From assembly GCF_006345805.1 (NCBI RefSeq), contig NC_042997.1:202802001-202866000 (forward strand): a DNA stretch of 64,000 nucleotides. The letters are read 5' to 3'. The position numbers were made by a program, and so were the translations under genes. Origin of the DNA: Octopus sinensis (taxonomy: Eukaryota). Below the pieces are notes generated by a model that was given only the letters and a program-made list of their open reading frames with translations, made no database searches and was not told the origin of the DNA. How positions within the stretch are numbered: the first letter of the stretch is position 1; each line of letters opens with the position of its first letter. Positions 53,780 through 64,000 of this stretch are shown in pieces.

Positions 53780-55770
53780 AACTGCTGATCAATTATTCCA
53801 TTTTTATCCTTGATCCCCTGCACAGCATTTCACCATGCAGTCTTACATGGGTAGGCTTTCTCCAGCACTGCATGTCATCATTCATTGTGGTCCCCATCAT
53901 CTCTGTAAAGTTCAACATCTTGAGACCAGTTTTCTTCACTTCATCTTCTTGTGTTGCTCTTTTCCACAAGTTACATCCACTTTGAGCACCCCTGTTGTCT
54001 TTTATATATATTTCATATCCATACCAGTGCAGTCTTTTTCACATCTGATCCCTGTTATACACAGCTTTTCTCTTGACAAATTTGTATGCTGTCATCCATG
54101 TACACTGACACTACATATCCAACAAAGCATGCTCACTTTATTTCTGTCTACCTTCATGAATCCTCTGGGTTCCGTGTCCATGTCTCATCATTATGCAACA
54201 TCACATCTCACATGCAGACATTATACACTTTCTCTTTTACCCTTTGTTACCAGCATATGTAATAGTCCCATGAACTTCTAACCCAATCTTATTGTGGCTA
54301 CTCTGCTTTTGGGGCTACTAATTAGGTCACCTAAATAGTAGAAGCTATTATCTATTTCTAGGGAACCGTCAAAACATTTGAGAGAATTTGTTTCATATGT
54401 GCTCTTAGTTTTTAGAGCTCCTGAACATCTACTGAAATTAAAGTCTACCTAACTCATTAGCCTGCCTCTAATTCCACTGCACCTCCTGTATGTCTATAAT
54501 TTGCATTGAATGCACTAAATGGAATTTTTACCTGTTCCCTTCCTGTATATTGACCATAGCCATTTCATTGACGTCACTGTCTGGCCTTCCTCCCTACATA
54601 CTATTTATCTTTGTGATGCTTGCTTTGAGCTTTCTTGATTCTAGGTTTTGCTTCCATGTCTAGAATTCTCTAATTCTATTATAGATTCAGATATAAGATA
54701 GGAGTTCCCATGGGCAGCCACATTAAATGTCTCTGTTATAGCCTGAAGGATTATGATAAATAAAAAGGGGCTGAGAAATAACTTCTGTTGGCCTCCTATC
54801 TTCATGCTAAACTCATTGCTATACTTTCTCATTGCTCTCACCTGGCTTAACAACACCCTTGTACTTGCAAAACCTTCACAAACCATTCATCTAATTGTAG
54901 CTTCTTTAGCTACAATTGACAAATGCTAGGTACAATGATTTACTCCAAGCTAAATACTTCTGTAGTTGTTTCACTAGGAATGTGGTACCTCTTTCTAGTA
55001 TAAAGTGAAACTGCATCTCATCTAGACTAATTTTGTTCCTAATCAGTTACACTATGACTCTGTAACTTTCAGAATTTAGTCAGTCAACTTGATGCCTCTG
55101 CAATTTTTTATATGCTCTGCATTTCCTTTACACTTGTAGCAGTTGATGATGCTACATCAATCATTGGGTATAACACTTTTCTTGACCACTTTATTGACTA
55201 TGCAGGTGATTAATAGAGTGCCCTACCCTACCAGAGATTTTAATCATCACAGACCGATTGACCAGCAGACTTCCCCCAGTTTTCATATCCTTAATTGTCT
55301 AATCAACCTTACTACTATCGACTTGTATTGCTGGTCTGTTAGGTCTATTTGGGCCAGACTATCTCCTTCCCATATGTTCTATACATTTAACTACTTCTTA
55401 TTGTAACACTTCCATGCTTATTACAAGAGGTTATTAAATGTTGTCATTCCATATACACTTCTTCCCAACACCATCTTTATTTCTTCTAGCACACTATTTT
55501 GATCCAGACTACATCACATAACTGCTTTTATGTCACAGAACTTGTTCAAATTTTTTACTTTCTGTTTCTCTCCTTGATAAGTACACCTGAAGCTTAGCTT
55601 TTCTTCTTGCTACTTGTTATTACTGTCTGCTGCCAAACCTATTTATTTACTTTTGTAGCTTTGTCTCTCACTGTTTCAAAACCACATCACCTTCACTCTG
55701 GCTAGGTGTTTACCCCAACCGCAAGTTTGCTTAGTAGCTTTCAGCAGGTTGTCTCTTAGGAGCTTATATT
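53780..55770 (-). mobile_element. Old RTE LINE copy, same family as 57005-57990
   Basis: FSMKIGGQQKLFLSPFLFIIILQAITE RT motif; homology to the 57-kb ORFs. Confidence 0.75.
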
Positions 55771-56627
55771 AGGCATATCCACATGAAACAATGGAATTTC
55801 TTAAAAGAAATCTGATTTTATTTTGGTAGGACTGGCAAGAAAGAAAACTTGGTTAAAAATACAAACAGAAGAAAATTCATTAGAGTTAATTAATTAAATA
55901 TTATAGCTAAGGATGGAATAAGTTAAATAGTAGATTGTAATTTTTACTTAACTTGCATTAAAAATGATAATCAATGATAATAAAAACATATTACTTCCTT
56001 GAGTTAAAAAAATCAAAGGAATGAACAAATACACTGTGAACAAAGAGGACATTAGATAGAGGGTGGTGTCATACATGTCTGTATACACACACACACACAC
56101 ACACTGCATATTTGCATGCTCATGTCTTGACTACACACTCAGGCATACTAGCTCATATATAATGGGTTCACAATGCTGAGTAAGACAACATGCATTATCT
56201 CCTTTGTTGCTCTTATTTGATTACTATTTCTATTTGGTTACTTCCAGTCATTCAAAAACTGCTATTTTCAACATGACACAGAACAAAATTTATTATTATC
56301 ATTATTAAGGTGGTGAGCTGGCATAATCATTAGCATGACAGGCAAAATACTTAGTGGCATTTCACCTGACTTCATGTTCTGAGTTCAAATTCCACCGAGG
56401 TCAACTTTGCCTTTCATCTTTTCTGAGTCGATAAATTAAGTACCAGTCAACTACTGGAGTCAATGTGATTGACTTACACCCTCCCTCAAAATTTCTGTTT
56501 TATCCTTACTTATTGCCAAAATATTTCCTGAGGTCCATTACTAAAAACTCTAATATTTTTGAATTGTTTGTTTCTTTTATTCTTTTAAGTCTTGATAAAC
56601 AAATCTCTCATCAGCTTTATGGGTTAA

Positions 56628-56882
56628 AGGTACACTACAGCTGTTTCGGCTGTGTTTTTTATTAACGAATAATTCAATTACATTATGAAAAAAAAAGTTT
56701 TCTGCAGGTAAATTTAAAATTCAGAATACCAAGATGTGGAATGTGGATTGATCACATCTTGGTATTTTTTCTCTGAACCTAAGTTTGAATTTTGAATTCA
56801 CCCGAAGAAAACATTTTTTGTTTTTCATGATGTAATCAAATTATCAATAAAAAAATAGATCTGAATTAGCTGTAGTGAACCT
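56628..56882. mobile_element. Kolobok-type palindromic MITE with TTAA TSD
   Basis: TTAA-AGGTACACTACAGCT ... AGCTGTAGTGAACCT-TTAA; internal hairpin AATACCAAGATGTG / CACATCTTGGTATT. Confidence 0.7.
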
Positions 56883-57004
56883 TTAAACCTATTTGTGTTT
56901 TTATTCTATGTAAACACCATAAATGGAACTTTCTCTATGTTGAATCTGGAACTTACATTGGATAATGAAACTGCATGCTGGTGAATAATTTCATGCACAT
57001 ATAA

Positions 57005-58512
57005 AAAAAAAGGGTCTGGAAGCTTAAGGATCTTGTGAATGGACGGAGATTTAGAGATGTATTACTTGAAGCTTTTGATGAAAAGGAGGAGGATATAGCA
57101 TCATATAATGTGGAAGACAACTGGAGGTTTCTATCGGACAACCGGTTGAGGGCTACTGAGCAGATCTGTGGATGGTGCAAAGTCCCCTCTCGACCTAAGG
57201 TAATGTGGTGGTGGAACAATGTAGTTGACAGGGCCATTAGGGGAAAAAAAACAGGCATGGTAGGACTGGAAGACCAGTGGTAGCAAGGAACTATATCAGA
57301 TTGCCAGAAAGGGAAGCTAGGAGACAGGTTTACTTATCCAGAGGGGAAACAGATAAGAAAAAATTTGCCAATGTTCTGCGTCATGAGGACCAAAGACATG
57401 AAGTGTTTCATATTGCAAGACAGTTGTGTGAGAGAGAATCATGATGTCATAGGAGAGAACTGTGTCCGCATGGATGATGGCTCACTTGCATTTAATGAGG
57501 CTGCAAAGAGAGAGACTTGGAGATGCCACTATGAAAGATTGCTAAATGAAGAGAATGAATGGGAGAGAGTCTGCCAAATGTCGACCCAACTGAGGGACCA
57601 GCTATCCGAATTGACAGTACCTTGGTAGATAAAGCAATTAAGGGTATAAACTCAAAGAAAGCCCCTGGCCCATCAGGAATCCCCCCAAAGATGCTTAAAA
57701 TATCTGGCAGTGTAGCCTATAGTCTAGTCACCCATATAGTCAATCAGGTGATGCATGAAGGAATCATACTTAATGACTGGTGTAGCAGCACCATAGTCAA
57801 CTGCTACAGAAGTAAAGGTGATGCATTAGATACGAATAATTACAGAGATATCAAATTGTTGGATAAGGTGATGAACATCACGGAGAGGGTCATAGCCCAA
57901 CTAATTAGGGAGAGAGTTAGTTTAGATGAGATGCAGTTTAGGTTTGTGCCAGGGAGAAGCATCACTGATGCTATATTTCTGGTAAGGCAAATGCCTAACT
58001 GACATGTAAAAAGCACCATTTGAGCATGATCGATGCCAGTGCCACCTGACTGGCTAGCCCCTGTGCTGGTGGCATGTAAAAAGCACCATTTGAGCGTAGT
58101 CATTGCCAGTGCCACCTGACTGGCACCTGTGCTGATGGCATGTAAAAAGCACCATTTGAGCGTGGTCATTGCCAGTGCCACCTGACTGGCACCTGTGCTG
58201 ATGGCATGTAAAAAGCACCATTTGAGTGTGGTCAATGCCAGTGCCACCTGACTGGCACCTGTGCTGGTGGCATGTAAAAAGCACCATTTGAGTGTGGTCA
58301 ATGCCAGTGCCACCTGACTGGTCCCCGTGTTGCTGGCACATAAAAAGCACCCACTACACTCTTGGAGTGGTTGGCATTAGGAAGTGCATTTAGCTGTAAA
58401 AACCTTGCTAGATCAGATTTGAGCCTGGTGCAGCTTCCTGGCTTGCCAGTTCTCAGTCAAACCATCCAACCCATGCCAGCATGGAAAACAGATGTTAAAC
58501 AATGATGATGAT
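57005..58512 (+). mobile_element. RTE LINE, frameshifted ORF fused directly to 3'UTR repeats
   Basis: WWWNNVVDRAI, KAPGPSGI...NYRDIKLL...QFRFVPGRSITDAIFLVRQ, then family D UTR and tail. Confidence 0.9.
58003..58350 (+). repeat. 66-bp tandem repeat, ~5.2 copies, inside RTE 3'UTR
   Basis: CATGTAAAAAGCACC at 58003, 58073, 58139, 58205, 58271 and (variant) 58337. Confidence 0.9.
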
Positions 58513-59219
58513 GTATATAATTTCATGCACATGCATATTTGTATGTATATGTATATTTGTATGCCTGTACATGTATGTGTAAGTGTATGCATATGTCCAT
58601 CTATGCATAGGTATATATGGATGTGTTTGTATATATACAGATGTGCCTATCTTGACCCTCGCTTGGTGTCCGTCATATTAAAATATCTTTATTCTAATGA
58701 ATCCTGATGTGTGTGTGTGTGTTTGCACTGGTGCCACATGAAAACACCCATGCTGGTGTCATATACAAGCTCCTGCGCCAGTACCATATGAAGGCACCCG
58801 TGCGGGTGACACATAAAAGCACCCATATCAGTACCACAAACAGACAAATGGAGCCCGTGCAGTTCTCCAGCTAGCCAGCTCCTGTCAAACCATCCAATCC
58901 ATCCAGCATGAAGAACAGATATTAAAAGATGATCATGATGATATACATGAAAGATAGCAAGATCTTATGATATATATAACTCTTGGGTTTTGTAATCTTT
59001 TAAGCTGCATGGCAACCTCGCTAGTACTGGTGGCATGAAAACAGTATCTAGTATATGCCATAAAGTGCTTTGCATCAAGGAGAGGCATCCAGCCATAGAA
59101 ACCATCCCAAAGTAGATAGTGGAGCCTGATGCAGTCCTTAGGCTTGTTAGATCCTGTCAAACCATTCAACCCATGCCAGCATGGAACATGGTCAATAACT
59201 GAGGTTGATTCAAAATCAA

Positions 59220-59545
59220 GATGAAAATCAAATCAAGATCGAAATCAAAATGGAAATTGTAGTTGTGGCCAATGCCACCTGACTGGCACCCGTGCTGGTG
59301 GCACATAAAAAGCACCATTTAAGCTGGGTCAATACCAATCCCCCACTCCTGACTGGCTCCCATGCTGGTGGAACGTAAAAAGCACCTACTACACTGATTG
59401 GCATTAGGAAGGGCATCCAGCTGTAGAAACCTTGCCAGATCAGATTGGAGCCTGGTGCAGCCCACTGGCTTGCCAGTCCCCAGTCAAACTGTCCAACCTA
59501 TGCCAGCCTGGAAAACGGATGTTAAATGATGATGATGATGATGAA
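59220..59545 (+). mobile_element. RTE 3' end (family D)
   Basis: Conserved block and (GAT)n tail. Confidence 0.8.
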
Positions 59546-62500
59546 ACCCTTTTGCAATATATCTTCAATGCATAGATCAAAGTGAGATTAAGGATTGATT
59601 GTCTAATATTAATTGGTTAAATTCTTTAGTTGTAAATCCTTTTTTCCATTTTTGAATAAACATCAAGAAACTCGATTTGTTTATGACAATCACATGAGAT
59701 TGCCTAGCAATTATTTATCAGGATATTTTAAACTATAAATTATAACAGTTATCACTCATGTAGTTATTTCTTTTGAAAATTAGTAAAATTAAGAGAGTTT
59801 AAAAATAATAGCTTTACCAGAACATTTAATAGTCATTTGTTTTTCATAACATGTTTTAACCTTTTTAACTTCTGGGCAGTTATTTTCAAAATATTCCACT
59901 CTTGGGAATGTTATTTTTAGCGGTTTCAGTCTTTGGACCGTGAATATAATTGGGCAGTGCCTTCAACTCTTATAGCATTTAGTCTGGTACTTATTTTTTC
60001 AAGTGACTGTCCACCTGTTGGTGAATGGGACATCACTAAAAGATATTTTTGCTCATTACACTAATTTATATCAGTATACATAAACATATATATGAAGATT
60101 TCCACAGGTTCTGTTTACTCAATTCTGTTCTCAGAACATTGCTCTACTCGAGTTATTTGTCTAAGGTGCTCTGCAAGGGAACTGAACATGGTTGCAAAGC
60201 AAAATCCCAAACTACATTCTATTGGTCAGTCATACTTTGCCTTTAAGACTAAAGGATCAATTTCGCATTACTTAGTCATTCTGTTAACTCATCTGAGTAC
60301 TAAATGCCTAATATAACATTAGAAATATACTTATATACTTATAGTGTGTATTCAGGGTGCTTGAAATAATGTTTAAGAAATTGAGACTGGTGATTGTTGT
60401 TGTTAATTAACCTTAGTTCATCACTATGCTCACAGATGTTGCATGTTTGTCCTTTCTAAGTATATCTAGGATTAATGTCTTTTTTATTTTTTTTAAGACA
60501 GTGTGTTGTGATTTGAAGGACATTTGGCTATTATTTCTAACAGGATTGCAGTGGATAGCAGTTTTAGTCTCCAGAAGTTAAAATACTAGATTTAAATGTG
60601 TGGTCATTTTTCAATTCTCTGAATTTATCCTCTTGAGAAAGGACTTGTTTCTACAAAAAAAAAAAAAATCCCAAAAACAAAACAAAAATTCAAACAAAAC
60701 AAAGCTCCATCATTGGGATTTAAAAATCAGTAACAGTAAATACAGTTAGATGTTAAACTTCAGAAAGTCTTGCATATTAATATTGTTCTGCTTATTGACT
60801 GAATTTGTTGGATGGTCTTTTTCTTTGTATAAAAAAAAAAAAATTCAAGATTATTGCTTGGACTTTTAGTGATAAAACTTAATGTTCCAATAATTACAGT
60901 GTTAAGAGGAATTTCTATTTTGGTGAAAAAAACAAACAAAAAAACAAAGCACTTGTTAAAAAATGCTACTTTTCTCACTGATTCTATTTGAAATATTCAC
61001 ATCCACTGGACTACTGACCTCAACAGTACACGATGCATATATATAGCTACAAGTTACTCAAAGAAAATAGTCGTTATAAAAATGCCTTTAAACGCCTATA
61101 TTCAGTGGAGTGCATAATAGATATATTTGGCTGGTGGCTTGGATGTGATTCTAAATGGTAGTTATTTTTTTTTCGTTACTTTTCTCAGCCTGCAACAGGC
61201 TGTCTGCTAGTGGATGAAATTCGTATTGCTAAGAATTGTAAATATTGAAGAACTCCATGCTTTGGTATTGATAGTATTGTGATCATCAGTCTTGATTTAA
61301 TGTCTGTTTTGTTTTTTATGCTGTCATAGGTTGGCTGGGTCATCAGTAAAGAATTTTTTTTCTAAACCTCAGTTCAACATCACCTTTTGTGAATGCAGGA
61401 TCTTCTAAGATTACTTCCTCTGTATATACCTTATAACCATCTTGTTGCTCTTCTCATATTCAACTTTAGCAGAGATTTTTCCTTGTTGAACATAAATTTA
61501 GTCTTAATGAATTTAAGGGATCATGTAATACTCTTTGTGTTTGTCCCTTAGATTATATGAATTTCCAGTTTTTACACATATACACATAATTTTATGTACG
61601 TCTCTTTCCACAATCAGGTTAATCATTTCTTTTATCATTTAGGTGTAATATGTCAGTTTTAGCAATTAGTTAACTAGCAAATATTATTCGACAGGTATCA
61701 CTTGGATACACTTTACAAAAGTTTTGGTGTACATTTTCCTTTTTCAGCCATTATTTTGGTTTTGAGTAGAAATCTCTTATTGATGTTTTCTAAAGATATT
61801 TTGGATATATGACCAATATATGTTTATACATATGACATCTACTGTTATTTTCTCTTTTTTTTTGTCTTTTTGTAAAAACACTTGTCTGCATTGATTAAAT
61901 CACCCCACTCTTTGACACGAAACATTTTTTGATGTGCCATACTGCTAGAAGTACTTTCAGATTCAATGAAACACTTTTTTCTTTTGATTTTTTTTTTCTG
62001 ACAATTTTTAACTATTTTTGTACTCTAGTGAAATATCTTTTATCTCAAATCTAAACCACATTTTTTGAGAAGTATATGTTGAGCTTTGGCAGATGACAAA
62101 CTACAAATTAATCTGTCTATTATTGTGTCAACCAAAAATGTTCCAACATATGAAATTTTTCAATTCGTAAAGGATAGTGAAGGTGATATAAATTTACAGA
62201 TTAGATGTTACATTTTTTTGGGACCAATAACTGTCAATAAAATTAAATGTTTCTCACCTATATTGTTTGTGTGGTTAGTTATGAAAACCTTCTTTATCCT
62301 TCCTACTAATTTTGATATAATAGTTTTTGATTCACTTATATATTTGTTATAATTAAAGTTAGCTTTCTTCTCTGCATATCCTTATAGTCTAGAAAACCCA
62401 TATTAATTAAATTTAATTATTTGTCCTCACTTTCTCAATCATTAATAATTTTTCTGTTTTTGGTTATTGTCAGACAAAGAATAAGTTTATTTGATCTGTT

Positions 62501-63399
62501 GAATGTTTAATAATTTAAGTATTACATCTTTTGCATTTATGTCTTACATTTATGTCTAATTTCAATTCATTCAATCTTAGGTATCCTACTTATGTGTGCA
62601 GATGTAGGAAAATGGTTACTGAAATTCAGTGATTGGTACATTGAAACATAAAGTAAAATACAATCACATGAAAGATAAAAAAGTAACCATAGTGTAGTGA
62701 AGACTCTTTTGTCTTGTCAGAAACCTCTCTAGTGACAGTGGCATAATAAAATACACAGTCCATGCTGTAAAGTGGTTGGTTGGTGACAGGAATGGCACCC
62801 AACTATAAAACGTAAAAAAAACAAAAAAACAAAGATAACCAAGTCTTCTCAGTTGCAAGTGTCAGGTAATGAAAGATTGAGGATAAGTTACAAGACACTG
62901 TGGGACTATTTCAATTGTCAAACTGATTTATGAAAGATAATCTAACCAAGGTCATCTTGCCTTTCGCTCAAACATATTGCATCTTGGACTAACACCATAT
63001 GTGTCCGTTTAATTTAAAGAGGATTTAGCCATTATTTCTAGATGGTCAAGCAACTGAATAAATGTTAATTGAAGCTAACTCAGCTGATCTATTTGGCTTT
63101 AATTTTTGACTGTGTAACTTGCAGTAACTAGTGGTATATTGTTTTATTTTTTATATGTATGTCCTTGGTCGGTGAAAGTAAAACAAACTTTTTAACAGCC
63201 ATACACTGCATAAATGGTTATTTTCTACATGATCCCTACCTATATAGTTCATCACTAATTCATTAGAAGTTCTTCATGTCTTCTACTCCTTTTATACTGA
63301 TTTCTCATTATTGTGTTTCCTTTAGCAGCACTGTGTTTATCTATTCTCAGCACTCTTTAGTCCATCTCTGTCTATCCATGTAACAATCTCCTAATGTAG

Positions 63400-63830
63400 T
63401 AGTGTAGATAAATCCATATGTCTCTCATCTCATGACATTAGCTCATCTTTTTCCATTGTTCTCAGCCAATTGGAGATACAATCTTTGAATTTGTTGTTTC
63501 TGTCTATCTCTTTGTCTTATTGTAAAGTCAATTTAGTTCAATCCCTCAAGATTTGTTAATGTCCAGTAAATTGCTTCACTTGTATTGTACAAAGTAAGGT
63601 CATTTATGTCACAGATCGCTAAGAAACTTGTTTTCTCGTCATGCTTTATGCTATGGCCACAGTGTCTCCATGTGCATTTATAAATCTCATCTGGTTTTCT
63701 TCTGACATGGTCATGGAAGTCAGCTGCTACAATGAAAATGATTTTTCAGATACCATAAGGGTATTTTCATTAATGTCTTGTAGAAGTAAGCTTCTTGTTT
63801 GCTTATTCTACTTGTGATGTAATTTATCTG
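63400..63830 (-). mobile_element. Decayed LINE fragment, probably RTE-like
   Basis: Weak WRHCGHSIKHDE motif resembling the post-RT region. Confidence 0.3.
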
Positions 63831-64000
63831 CCTGTCTGTCATATATATATAACAACCCATCATAATTCTGTCATATATATATATACAACCCATCATAATT
63901 CTAAAATGATAATTGAATTACAATATTTCATATTAATGTGATGCATTTGTTTTATTTTAAGCTTATATATATATATATATAATATATATATATATATATA

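Noticed and set aside
58003-58350. CRISPR-like regular repeats (also 5678-6160)
   Set aside because: Whole units repeat with no unique spacers; eukaryotic context; no cas genes.
61189-61694. Plus-strand acceptors at ~61188, 61329 and 61642
   Set aside because: The following frames close quickly; cannot be told apart from T-rich background.
62581-62589. U12-type donor GTATCCTAC
   Set aside because: Deviates from RTATCCTT and has no supported upstream exon.

Overview
AT-rich, repeat-saturated eukaryotic DNA, probably intronic or intergenic. The repeat repertoire (tRNA-derived SINEs, RTE LINEs with (GAT)n tails, Dong/R4, Penelope, mariner, dense (TA)n/(CA)n/(ATT)n microsatellites) points to an octopus genome; this is an inference. 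No intact host gene could be identified. Nearly all listed ORFs are microsatellite translations or decayed transposon fragments. There is one CpG-enriched, promoter-like island (~48.8-49.4 kb) and a few weak candidate exons on the minus strand. The main result, from manual folding, is about ten type-I hammerhead ribozyme (HHR) motifs from several unrelated small elements, mostly in or beside (TA)n tracts. Two sit in retrozyme-like ~340-355 nt units with terminal direct repeats and long-range base pairing (8.6-9.0 kb, 31.5-32.0 kb). Others sit in Penelope-type fold-back structures. Their cores vary at the 3-8 pair (C3-G8, G3-C8, U3-G8, U3-A8), and several have palindromic stem III of the dimer-cleaving type. 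Coordinates of decayed repeats are approximate.
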